A stretch of 34,089 bases of DNA from Actinomycetota bacterium (GCA_005779345.1 SXJQ01000121.1:1-34089); one strand, 5' to 3'. Positions 1 to 8,466 are shown, counted from the first letter of the stretch. Made by a program: numbers and translations. Notes: a model not told the origin generated them from the letters alone.

Positions 1-176
1 ACCCTACGGGCCGCCTTGGCCAGCAGGCCATCGGTGAGACACCGAACGGCACCCAGGTCGGTGACCATCCCGACGGCCTGCGGGCCCGACAACATGGCCG
101 GCTCGAAGTCGCGCGCCAGGCCCGCGAGGGTCGTACGCACAGATTCGATCCGGTCGGCAGCAGGCGAGTCGAACAT
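1..176 (-). CDS. DUF222/HNH-endonuclease-like protein, N-terminal part (3' end lies outside the window)
   Basis: Minus-strand ATG at 176-174 opens MFDSPAADRIESVRTTLAGLARDFEPAMLSGPQAVGMVTDLGAVRCLTDGLLAKAARRV and runs off the window. It resembles the N-terminus of actinobacterial DUF222 (13E12-repeat type) HNH proteins. It is below the ORF-track length cutoff. The family call is from memory of the motif only. Confidence 0.5.
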   Translation of the reverse strand, partial: MFDSPAADRIESVRTTLAGLARDFEPAMLSGPQAVGMVTDLGAVRCLTDGLLAKAARR

Positions 177-202
177 ATGTTCGCATCATACCCACACCCT
201 GA

Positions 203-670
203 GACAACACCCGCGACGCGCCCGCAATTGGCGACGGCGCCTGGCCACCACTTCGGGCCACGCCGTTCCGCAACGACTTCGGGCGACGCTGTTCGACCGC
301 CCTGGTTCCTGGCTGGTCGCGGACATTCGCGACGTTCACGTCGCAGCTCGAAGCGATGGCTGACTGGTTCGCGGCTGAGGGCGTGACCGCGGTTGTGATG
401 GAAGCGACCGGCCCGTACTGAAAGCCGGTTTGGTATGTGTTCGAGGAACGCGGGCTTCGAACTGCAGTTGGTGAACGCGAAGCACGTGAAGATGGTCCCG
501 GGCCGCAAGACCGATCTCGCGGACGCACGGCAGCTCGCCGAGCTGCTGGAACACGGTCTGTTGCGCGCGTCGTTCGTGCCGCCGGCCGAGATCCGCGAGC
601 TGCGGGCCTGACGCGTTATCGCAAGCGCCTGATCCAGACCCACACCGCGGAGTGCCAACGTGTGCGATGA
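203..670 (+). pseudogene. IS110-family (DEDD) transposase pseudogene, N-terminal half only
   Basis: Joining frames by eye gives RTFATFTSQLEAMADWFAAEGVTAVVMEATGPY*KPVWYVFEERG / FELQLVNAKHVKMVPGRKTDLADARQLAELLEHGLLRASFVPPAEIRELR / LTRYRKRLIQTHTAECQRV, the hallmark IS110 N-terminal region. Lesions seen: an in-frame TGA at 419-421 where TGG is expected (YWKP), a +1 shift near 449-455, and a -1 shift near 606-609. The C-terminal half is missing. Confidence 0.8.
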
Positions 671-821
671 CGCGTTCCACCGCATCGTCACCGATCGCGC
701 GCGGCGCGCGCGGCGGGGAGTGTCGAGGCGTTCCTGCTCACCGCGTGGGCGCTCAGCCCTGCGAACGCGGGTGACGGCCCGACCGGTGTCGATCTCCTCG
801 AAGGTGAGGAACTCGGTCTGA

Positions 822-1095
822 GACCGTGACGACTTCGCTGTGGATCACGACGCCCGGACCGTGACATGCCCCGCTGGTGTGGTCCGCGCTCGTCGGGCAT
901 TGCGCGAGTGCGACTACGCCGAGGACTACCGGCAATGGCGGCCGATGGTCGAACGATCCGTCGCCTGGCTCGTCGCACGCGGGAACGGACGCGTCCGCTA
1001 CCGCGGCGTCGAACGCAACCAACACGGCCTCGCGACCCGAATCGCGGCGATCAACCTACGCCGGCCCGTGAACCTCGGACTGACCCACGAAACGA
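822..1095 (+). pseudogene. DDE transposase C-terminal remnant (IS1182/IS5-like)
   Basis: The frame containing ORF 840..1568 reads DRDDFAVDHDARTVTCPAG...DYRQWRPMVERSVAWLVARGNGRVRYRGVERNQHGLATRIAAINLRRPVNLGL. This matches the conserved C-terminal block (TVTCPAG ... YRxxRPxVERxxAWL ... RYRG ... NLRRL) of IS1182/IS5-type transposases. The segment between CPAG and YRQWRP is far too short, which implies an internal deletion. A stop lies just upstream at 819-821, and everything past about 1095 is antisense read-through of the next gene. Confidence 0.6.
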
Positions 1096-1150
1096 GCCCA
1101 CCGAACCACCAGCGGAAGCGCCTTGTTCAACAGCGTCCTATTCACCCTGA

Positions 1151-2932
1151 CTATTCGTTGTCGACGATCGTCACCGATCCGGCGGCCCGACCCAATAGGG
1201 GTCCGCCAGTGGCCGCCGAGAGTGTGATCACGATGGTCTCGTCGCCCTCAGCGACGAGGTCGGGATACACCGGAACCGAGATCGCCTTGTGCCGCTGGCC
1301 GACGTTGAACGTGATGATCTTGGTCTTCACGGCTTTGAAATCGTTGCCTTCGGTAGCGGATCCTGCGGTCACTGTGACGGTGACAGTCGCGGTGGTCGCG
1401 GCGGGTGCCGTGAGCGTGACCCACACCTTTGCGCTGTTCGTCGATGTCGTCTTCACGCCGACATCACCCTCGACGATCGTGACATCGCCGACGCCGACGA
1501 CGTTCGCCGCACCAATCGGATCATCGTCGATGATTGTTCCGCTCGCAGCTGCGCGATCGAGCAAATAGCCGTTGCCGGGATTCGAGAGGATCACCTGCAA
1601 CGTCTCGTCACCCTCGATCGCGACGTCGGGGTAGATCGTCGCGGTGACGAACTTCGTCGTCGGCGTCTTTCCGGTACTCGCGGCCGGCTTGAACGTGACG
1701 GTGCTCGTCTTGGCCTTGAAGTCCGATCCCGGCGACGCGGAGTTCGGCGACCCATCGCCCTCGATCGTGTACGAGACCGCGGTGACCGCCGCGGCCGGTT
1801 CTGACAGCGTCACGGCGAATGTGAGCGAACGATTGCCGCCGTCGCCCTCGACCACAGCGGCGTCCCCGATCGAGATCGATGGGCCGAGCGGCGTGCCTTG
1901 CACCTCGATCGAGATAGCAGCGGAGTCTGAAGGCTCGATGCCGTTGCTGGCCGTGATCGTGGCGTTGAACAACCCCGGAGTCGTGGGTGTACCTCCGAGG
2001 TTGCCGATCGAGTCGAGCGAAAGGCCTGGAGGGAGCGCGCCGGCCGTCACGGTGGTTGTCGGGAATGGCGCGCCTGCGAGGGCGAAGGTGAACGGGCCGT
2101 AGGGCTGACCGACATCGCCTGGAGTCGGTGGCGTCCCTGAGATCGCCGGTGCCGAGCCAGCGACGACGGCGACGCAACCCCCACAGGTTGCACTGGTCGT
2201 GTCTGGATTCGTGACGGTCAAGCCGAACGGGCCCAGCGCTGCTGTCGGCGATGCCGTCAGCGGGATCGAGATCGTGCCTCCGTCGACGACCGTCGTCGTG
2301 CCGACTGCGACGTCGGCGTTCGAAACCGCCACCGACGCTCCGGGCGCGAAGCCGGACCCTGTGATGCTGACGGTCCCGCTCGTACCCTGGGCCAGCTCAC
2401 TCGGAAACACGTCGGTGATCGAAGGCCCGATCGATCCATTGATCGGCACACGCGCCACATACGTGTCGCCGCACCCACACGCACTGGCGCGGTTGTCGAG
2501 CACGAGCACGGCCGTCTCGCTGCCGAGCCCGTCGCCGAGCACTTCGCCGGCGAGGCTGGGATGCGGGGTCGAGATCAGCGCAGAGCCGGACCCGACGCCA
2601 CTCCAGGTGCTGCCGGTTGCCGCAAGATCATCGTTTCCGCATGCGCCACCCGTCGCCTCGAAGACCTCGATCGAGTAGTCCTGTGCGATCACCGAACCGA
2701 CCACGGTGATCGAGAGTTGGCCCGCGCTCGCAGTGATCGAGACAGATCCGAGCGGTGCAGCAGTCCCTCCGAACGCAACTCCGTTGCAGTCGATGCCACC
2801 GCCGATCACCGTCACGAGCGGGCCGGTGCTCACGTCGCCCGGAGCCGCCTTCGCGTTCGGCGCGCTACTGACGATTCCCACCCAAGCGCACACCAGTGCT
2901 GCGAGCGCAGCCGACGTCTTCCGGCCGGCCAT
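1151..2932 (-). CDS. secreted multidomain surface/adhesin-like protein (IPT/TIG, putative Ig domain, 2x Calx-beta)
   Basis: From the internal ATG at 2932 the protein starts MAGRKTSAALAALVCAWVGIVSSAPNAKA, a Sec signal peptide. An IPT/TIG-like block follows (PSITDVFPSELAQGTSGTVSITGSGFAPGASV). Next comes a PPGLSLD...G.L.GTPT 'putative Ig' motif. Two C-terminal Calx-beta-like repeats are present (ISIGDAAVVEGDGG...TATIYPDVAIEGDETLQV and VGVGDVTIVEGD...VPVYPDLVAEGDETIVI). GC3 is high. Confidence 0.85.
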   Translation of the reverse strand: MAGRKTSAALAALVCAWVGIVSSAPNAKAAPGDVSTGPLVTVIGGGIDCNGVAFGGTAAPLGSVSITASAGQLSITVVGSVIAQDYSIEVFEATGGACGNDDLAATGSTWSGVGSGSALISTPHPSLAGEVLGDGLGSETAVLVLDNRASACGCGDTYVARVPINGSIGPSITDVFPSELAQGTSGTVSITGSGFAPGASVAVSNADVAVGTTTVVDGGTISIPLTASPTAALGPFGLTVTNPDTTSATCGGCVAVVAGSAPAISGTPPTPGDVGQPYGPFTFALAGAPFPTTTVTAGALPPGLSLDSIGNLGGTPTTPGLFNATITASNGIEPSDSAAISIEVQGTPLGPSISIGDAAVVEGDGGNRSLTFAVTLSEPAAAVTAVSYTIEGDGSPNSASPGSDFKAKTSTVTFKPAASTGKTPTTKFVTATIYPDVAIEGDETLQVILSNPGNGYLLDRAAASGTIIDDDPIGAANVVGVGDVTIVEGDVGVKTTSTNSAKVWVTLTAPAATTATVTVTVTAGSATEGNDFKAVKTKIITFNVGQRHKAISVPVYPDLVAEGDETIVITLSAATGGPLLGRAAGSVTIVDNE

Positions 2933-3064
2933 CACAGTCCTCGTGCCCCGACCGCGGCCGCGGTGACCGAACGTTGCATGTCGCCCTCCTGAGCATGCCG
3001 GTGCCCGCGCCTCGCCGGCGGACCAGCCCTGTTCCCCCACGGGGACCGGCCCGTTCTAGGCGAG

Positions 3065-6000
3065 GTGACACCGACGCGCCATGTCCATCGTGTGCCTATC
3101 CTTTGCCAGGTGGCCGGGGGGCACGCCATCGAGATCGGGGTGCTCGGGCCGTTGCGGGTTCGGGTCGACGGACGCGACATCTCCGACCTCCCGATGCAAT
3201 TCCGCGCACTGCTCGTAGCCCTCGCGCTTGCCGAGCAGCCCGTCGCGAAGACGTCGCTCGCGCGCGACGTGCTCTACATCTCGCCCGCGACGCTCGACTC
3301 CCGGCTCTCGCGCCTCGCGCGAGCGCTCGAGCTCACCCGACCGCTGCAACGCGTCCCGGTCGCGCGCTCGGGGCTCATCGAACTCGACTCGCGGATCGCG
3401 ATCACCGACGCCATCGAATTCCGGCGCCTCATCGCCGACGCGGGCGACTCGATGCGCTCGGACCGCTCCTCCGCCGCGTTGACCGACCTCCTCGCCGCCG
3501 CCGCGCTCTGGCGTGGACGTCCGGGAGAAGGATCCAAGATCGGCGTTGCGACCGACGACCCCATGCACCACGCGGTCGTCGCGCTCGGCGCGCTACACCG
3601 GCGGTTGATCGCCGACGCCGCGCGCCTCATGCTCGACACAGGACGGTTCGAGCGCGACATCCTCGATCGGTGGACCACGGCAGATCCCGAGATCGCTGAG
3701 CCCTGGTTCGCTCGGATCGTGGATGCGGTCGACCGTCGCGACGAGCGTGGCGCCCGTGCCCTGCTCGATCGTTGGGCGATCGCGGCACCGAACCCGGCGG
3801 CCGAGTCAGCGACGTTCCGCTGGGCGGGCCACCTCGTCGCAAACGCACGGCGTGCGCATCCGGTCGCGGCCCTGCCTACGCCCGCACCGGCGGTCGGTCG
3901 CGAGGCCGCTGTGTCGAACCTGACGACGCTCGTGGCGCGCCTACCGACGGGCGGCACCTTCGCGGCGGCGGTCACCGGACCGGCCGGGGCCGGCAAGACG
4001 CACCTGCTCGCTCATCTCGCGGGCGTTGCCGATGCGGACGGCGTTCGCGTCGTCGCCGTCGACGTCGAACGGCGACTCGGCTTCCAGCACGCGCTGCGGG
4101 CCCTGGTGGGAGATCTCTGGTCGGGGTTGTTGCGGCGACCCGACCCACCCGCTGATCTCCTCGAGGTCGCCGACGACCTCGCCGCGTTGCTCGACGACGA
4201 TCACGAATCGGCACCTCGCGGGCGGGAACCCGTCGACCCGGTCACCGACGCGGCGCGGCTCGTCGTCGCGCTCCTCGGGCACGCGGCTGCCCACAGGCCT
4301 CTGCTGCTCGCACTCGACAACGTGCACCGTGCACGACCGGAACTCGAGGCGGCACTCGCTCACATCGCCGATCGCGGGCTCCCGGGCGTCGGCATCCTCG
4401 CGACGACACGCGACGACGGCGAGCGAGACGCGGCGGGAAGCGACGGCCTCGGTTGCCGCGGCGCCCGACCGTGGCACATCGAACCGCTCCCGGCGTTCGA
4501 CGCGGTCGCCGCGGCGCGATTCCTCGGTCAGGCTCGGGGAATCGTCCCATCGCTGAGCGCGATCAGCAGCCTGGTAGGTCCCGAGGGCACGACGCCGCTC
4601 GTCCTCCTCGGCACCGATCTGTGCAACACGGCGACCCGTCCGACCGATCCTTCGGTCGGCGACCCGATGCGACGCGCATTCCTGGCACGGCCGGCGGCAT
4701 CGCAACGTGTGCTGATGGCGGCAGCCGTCGCGGCCGAAGGTGTCGCGTTCGACCCGTCGCTCGTCGTGGCGATCGACACGTCGCCAGCGGCGACCGCCAC
4801 GCTGGCCACGGAGCTACGTCACGGCCGGATCATCGCGGAGGTCAGCGGAGGCTCGACTTTCGTCCATCGAGCCTGGCAGGAGCTTGCCCATTCGATGCTC
4901 GATCCCCATGAGCGCCGCCTGCTGCACCGCCGCGCGCTCGAGGTTCTCGACGATCGTTTGGCACGCAGTGACGATCGCTCCGACAAGGCGACACTCGCGA
5001 TGCAGGTCGCCGAACATGCCCAGCACGCCGACTTCGTCGGGCTCGCGCGTCCGACAGCCCTCCGCGCAGTGACCCGTGCCATCGACGCGCTCGGCCCGTT
5101 CGAGGCGCGGCGCGCGGGCGACCTCTACGACCTTGCCTTCGCCGTCGCCGAACCGACCGCGCGCGCCGAATTGCTGATCCGGCGTGGGCAGCTCCGCCGC
5201 CAATCGGCCGACTGGGACGGCGCCCAGCGTGACCTCTCGGAGGCCGCCGACCTGGCGGCGAGGAGCGGCGACTACACCCTCGAGGCCGAGGCCTTGCTGC
5301 TCATCGCGCACGTGACGTGGGACCCGGCCAGCCTCGACGGATCGCTCGCGCAGCGACTCGCCTCGCTGCTCGCGCGCCTGCCCGACGACGAGGCCCTGCT
5401 CACGATGCGCGTGCGCGCCTGCCTGGCGGGCGGCACGTACCAAGACGGGGCGACCGGCCCGATCGACGGGGCATCCGACCTCGCCCGATCAGCACTCACC
5501 GAGCTCGAACGGCGGGGCGCGCCTTCCGGCATCGAGGCCGAGATCCTCTGGTGGGCGCGGAAGGGCCTGCTCGACGTCGAACCACCGGCCCGCACGCTGG
5601 CGCTGTCGCGACGGCTCCTCGCCGTCGCGGGCGATTCCTCGTACCACCGCGGCAACGCGTTGCTCGCCTGTGTCGTCGATCGTCTGCTCCTCGGCCGGCC
5701 GGCTGCCGCCCGGCGCGACTCCGAGGCGTACCTCGCGCTCGCCCGCCGCACTCGATCGCCGGTGCACGAGTACGTCGCCGCCACGCTCTCCGGGCTCTGG
5801 GCGCTCTACGAAGGCAGGTTCGACGATGTCGAACGGTCCACCGAGCAGGCGGCGCGGACCGGCAGCGGCTTCGGAGGACTCACCGTCGCGCAGGTCGTCC
5901 AGGGACAGCGCACCTGCTGGGGACGCGACACGGGTGTCTTCCGCCGGATGCCCGAACTCACCGCGCTGGTCGACGACTTCGCGGCGAGGGAGTCACGGAT

Positions 6001-6616
6001 CCCGATCTGGACGGTCGCGTCGGCGTGGGTCCGCTCCGACGCCGGCGACTCGACCGTGGCCATCGAGCGCTTGCAAGAGGTCGGTGCGGCGACGCGTGGC
6101 TTCGCAGCGATCGCGGCCGGCCCACACCGGCTTCCGCTGCTCGCCATGGCGGCCGAGTCGCTCGCCGACGTGACCGCACTCGGCGCCGCCGAAAACGACG
6201 CGCTTGCTCGTCTCGCGGACCGCGTCGCCGACCATCTCCGAGCCGACGCCGGGCGCGGCGTCCTGATCGGTTGGCCCGTGGCCTACCTCGGCACGACCCG
6301 GCGCTACCTCGGCCTCGCCGAGGTCGCGGCCGGCCGCCCCCGCGTCGCACTGGATCTGCTCCGACGGGCACGCCGCGCCGACCGGGCGAGCGCGCCGCTC
6401 ACTGCACGAACCGACTTGGCGATCGCGCGCGTGCACCTCGCGTTGAACGAGGTCGACCAAGCGCGTCGAGCGGCGCGGAGCGCAGTTCGACGCGCATCCC
6501 TGCTCGGCATGGTCGGGGTTCACGACGACGCTGCCGCGCTCGCCGCGAGCCCGGAACCGATCCGTCGGACCGCCCGTGGTCACTCCTCTACGGTTGACTC
6601 ATCGATTATCGAGTGA
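3065..6616 (+). CDS. SARP/AfsR-like large regulator: OmpR-type wHTH + BTAD, P-loop NTPase (STAND-like), C-terminal TPR-like helical region
   Basis: The N-terminus IEIGVLGPLRVRVDGRDI...FRALLVALAL...ALWRGRP is the SARP wHTH/BTAD pattern. Walker A GPAGAGKT lies at nt 3977-4000 and Walker B-like LLLALDNVH follows. The roughly 700-aa C-terminus is Ala/Leu/Arg-rich and helical. The start is uncertain: in-frame GTGs at 3065, 3092 and 3110. Confidence 0.85.
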   Translation: MTPTRHVHRVPILCQVAGGHAIEIGVLGPLRVRVDGRDISDLPMQFRALLVALALAEQPVAKTSLARDVLYISPATLDSRLSRLARALELTRPLQRVPVARSGLIELDSRIAITDAIEFRRLIADAGDSMRSDRSSAALTDLLAAAALWRGRPGEGSKIGVATDDPMHHAVVALGALHRRLIADAARLMLDTGRFERDILDRWTTADPEIAEPWFARIVDAVDRRDERGARALLDRWAIAAPNPAAESATFRWAGHLVANARRAHPVAALPTPAPAVGREAAVSNLTTLVARLPTGGTFAAAVTGPAGAGKTHLLAHLAGVADADGVRVVAVDVERRLGFQHALRALVGDLWSGLLRRPDPPADLLEVADDLAALLDDDHESAPRGREPVDPVTDAARLVVALLGHAAAHRPLLLALDNVHRARPELEAALAHIADRGLPGVGILATTRDDGERDAAGSDGLGCRGARPWHIEPLPAFDAVAAARFLGQARGIVPSLSAISSLVGPEGTTPLVLLGTDLCNTATRPTDPSVGDPMRRAFLARPAASQRVLMAAAVAAEGVAFDPSLVVAIDTSPAATATLATELRHGRIIAEVSGGSTFVHRAWQELAHSMLDPHERRLLHRRALEVLDDRLARSDDRSDKATLAMQVAEHAQHADFVGLARPTALRAVTRAIDALGPFEARRAGDLYDLAFAVAEPTARAELLIRRGQLRRQSADWDGAQRDLSEAADLAARSGDYTLEAEALLLIAHVTWDPASLDGSLAQRLASLLARLPDDEALLTMRVRACLAGGTYQDGATGPIDGASDLARSALTELERRGAPSGIEAEILWWARKGLLDVEPPARTLALSRRLLAVAGDSSYHRGNALLACVVDRLLLGRPAAARRDSEAYLALARRTRSPVHEYVAATLSGLWALYEGRFDDVERSTEQAARTGSGFGGLTVAQVVQGQRTCWGRDTGVFRRMPELTALVDDFAARESRIPIWTVASAWVRSDAGDSTVAIERLQEVGAATRGFAAIAAGPHRLPLLAMAAESLADVTALGAAENDALARLADRVADHLRADAGRGVLIGWPVAYLGTTRRYLGLAEVAAGRPRVALDLLRRARRADRASAPLTARTDLAIARVHLALNEVDQARRAARSAVRRASLLGMVGVHDDAAALAASPEPIRRTARGHSSTVDSSIIE

Positions 6617-6623
6617 TTAGGGT
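6594..6623 (+). promoter_or_regulatory. candidate promoter of the ars operon, embedded in the 3' end of the upstream regulator gene
   Basis: This is a local AT-rich patch in a GC-rich gene. TTGACT (6594-6599) is followed by an 18-nt spacer and TAGGGT (6618-6623, which fits the actinobacterial TANNNT -10). An in-frame GTG at 6631 lies 7 nt after the -10, compatible with a leaderless arsR transcript. The spacer contains tandem ATCGAT/ATCGAG. Confidence 0.35.
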
Positions 6624-7302
6624 GCTCGCTGTGCCCGCACCTGCGAACGAACTCCGCGCGGCCCGCCACGCGGCGTTGGGTGATCCGGTGCGCTTGGCGA
6701 TCGTCGACGAGTTGACCAGTTCGGACCGATCACCGATGGAGCTGCAGCGCCTGGTCGACATCGGATCGAACCTGTTGGCACACCACCTCGACGTACTCGA
6801 GCGCGTCGGCCTGATCCAACGATCGCGTTCCAGTGGCGATGGTCGACGTCGCTATGTGCACGTGCGCCGCGACGCGTTCGTCGGGCTCGAGCCCGGCACG
6901 CGACGGCGACCGACGAGGGCGTTGTTCGTATGTACCCACAACTCCGCACGCAGCCAACTCGCCGCGGCGCTCTGGCGCACGCTCGCCCACGCCCCGGCAG
7001 AGTCTGCGGGCACCGACCCCGCGAACCGGGTGCACCCGGGTGCTGTTGCCGCCGCGGCCCGCGCCGGACTCGACCTGTCGTCGGCGACGCCCCGACGACT
7101 CGACGAGGTGGGCCACCTGCCATCGTTGGTCGTCACGGTCTGCGACCGGGCTCACGAGACGATCGACCCACCGGCGCGGTGGTTGCACTGGTCCATCCCC
7201 GATCCCGTGGCATCGCGGTCGAAGACCGCGTTCGACCTCGCGCTGACGACCATCCGCGACCGGATCGCGACGGTCGTCGACTTCGAGCGCATACGCGCAT
7301 GA
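6613..7302 (+). CDS. arsR: ArsR/SmtB-family wHTH fused to an LMW-phosphatase/ArsC-like domain
   Basis: The N-terminal half LGDPVRLAIVDELTSSDRSPMELQRLVDIGSNLLAHHLDVLERVGLIQ is an ArsR HTH. The C-terminal half ALFVCTHNSARSQLAAALW...VVTVCDRAHE...WSIPDP has an LMW-PTP CX5R(S) P-loop. Its start overlaps the upstream stop, and GTG 6622 or 6631 are alternative starts. Its stop overlaps the next gene's start (ATGA at 7299-7302). Confidence 0.85.
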   Translation: MIRVLAVPAPANELRAARHAALGDPVRLAIVDELTSSDRSPMELQRLVDIGSNLLAHHLDVLERVGLIQRSRSSGDGRRRYVHVRRDAFVGLEPGTRRRPTRALFVCTHNSARSQLAAALWRTLAHAPAESAGTDPANRVHPGAVAAAARAGLDLSSATPRRLDEVGHLPSLVVTVCDRAHETIDPPARWLHWSIPDPVASRSKTAFDLALTTIRDRIATVVDFERIRA

Positions 7303-8051
7303 ACGACCCGGTTCGTCCGACCGACGCCGAACTCGCGACCCAACCCGAAACGGGAACCGGCCAGCTCGGGCTCGATCTCGGCCGTCGCCTGGTGGCCGAG
7401 GCCCTCGGCACCTGTCTCTTGATCATTGCCGTCGTCGGGTCGGGAATCATGGCGAGCCGGCTCTCCCCCGACGACGTCGGCCTGCAACTGCTCGAGAACG
7501 CGGCCGCCACAGCCTGCGCGTTGATCGGACTGATCCTGATGTTCGGTGCCGTCTCCGGCGCGCACTTCAACCCGGTCGTCACGCTCGTCGACCGGCTGCT
7601 CGGCACGATCTCGACCCGCGACACGATCCTCTACGCGATCGCCCAGACGATCGGTGGTTGTGCCGGCACAGGACTGGCGAACGTGATGTTCGAGCTCGAT
7701 GCCATCAACGTGTCGACTCGGACGCGCTCGTCGGGAGCGCTGTGGCTCTCCGAGGTCATCGCCACGGTGGGCCTGCTGCTCGTCATCCACGGCTGCGTGC
7801 GGACGGGTCGCGCCTCGGTGGTGCCGTTCGCGGTCGGTGCGTGGATCGGCGGTGCCTACTGGTTCACCTCGTCGACCAGCTTCGCGAACCCCGCGGTCAC
7901 CGTCGCGCGCACGTTGTCGGACACGTTCGCGGGGATCGACCCCGCTTCGGCGCCAATGTTCATCGTCATGCAGGTCGTCGGCGCGTTGATCGCGTTCGGA
8001 CTCGTCCGCTTCTTGTACCCCCACGATCACTCCGGGAGCACCGATGCCTGA
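7299..8051 (+). CDS. MIP-family channel (aquaglyceroporin-like, probable arsenite channel)
   Basis: Begins MNDPVRPTD, followed by six hydrophobic segments. The two half-helix boxes are GAHFNPVVT and SFANPAVTVAR. The start was chosen at the in-frame ATG 7299, which overlaps the arsR-fusion stop. It sits inside an ars operon. Confidence 0.9.
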   Translation: MNDPVRPTDAELATQPETGTGQLGLDLGRRLVAEALGTCLLIIAVVGSGIMASRLSPDDVGLQLLENAAATACALIGLILMFGAVSGAHFNPVVTLVDRLLGTISTRDTILYAIAQTIGGCAGTGLANVMFELDAINVSTRTRSSGALWLSEVIATVGLLLVIHGCVRTGRASVVPFAVGAWIGGAYWFTSSTSFANPAVTVARTLSDTFAGIDPASAPMFIVMQVVGALIAFGLVRFLYPHDHSGSTDA

Positions 8052-8466
8052 CCAACGCCGCCCCGAGGTGCTCTTCGTCTGCGTGCACAACGCGGGCCGA
8101 TCGCAGATGGCTGCCGCGCTGCTCGCGCATCACGCCGGTGACGGCGTCGTGGTCCGATCGGCAGGCACTGCGCCCGCAGCGTCGATCAATCCCGCGGTGG
8201 TGCAGGCAATGACCGAACTCGGCATCGACCTGCACGCCACCGGCGCGCGCCCGAAGCGCCTCGACGACGCCATGGTCGAGGCCTCCGACGTGGTCATCAC
8301 GATGGGCTGCGGCGATGAGTGCCCGTTCTACCCGGGCAAACGTTACGAGGACTGGGTACTCGACGACCCTGCCGGGCGCGGGATCGAGGCGGTACGTCCG
8401 ATCCGCGACGAGATCGTCGTTCGTGTCCACGCGCTCATTGCATCGCTCGGCATCGACCCGGCCTGA
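8044..8466 (+). CDS. arsC: arsenate reductase, LMW-PTP type
   Basis: VLFVCVHNAGRSQMAAALL (CX5R P-loop) plus ITMGCGDECP, typical of the actinobacterial ArsC family. Its ATG overlaps the channel gene's end by 8 nt. Confidence 0.9.
   Translation: MPDQRRPEVLFVCVHNAGRSQMAAALLAHHAGDGVVVRSAGTAPAASINPAVVQAMTELGIDLHATGARPKRLDDAMVEASDVVITMGCGDECPFYPGKRYEDWVLDDPAGRGIEAVRPIRDEIVVRVHALIASLGIDPA

Noticed and set aside
840-1568. A 242-aa ORF that could be read as an intact gene.
   Set aside because: Only the first ~85 codons resemble a transposase C-terminus. The remainder is antisense read-through of the Calx-beta protein gene (1151..2932). It was annotated as a remnant instead.
3065-6616. Whether the P-loop/TPR giant protein is an Avs/STAND-type antiphage sensor.
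   Set aside because: The N-terminal module is a SARP wHTH+BTAD DNA-binding/activation domain rather than a nuclease, protease, TIR or other effector. There are no neighbouring defence genes. This is the standard AfsR-like regulator architecture.
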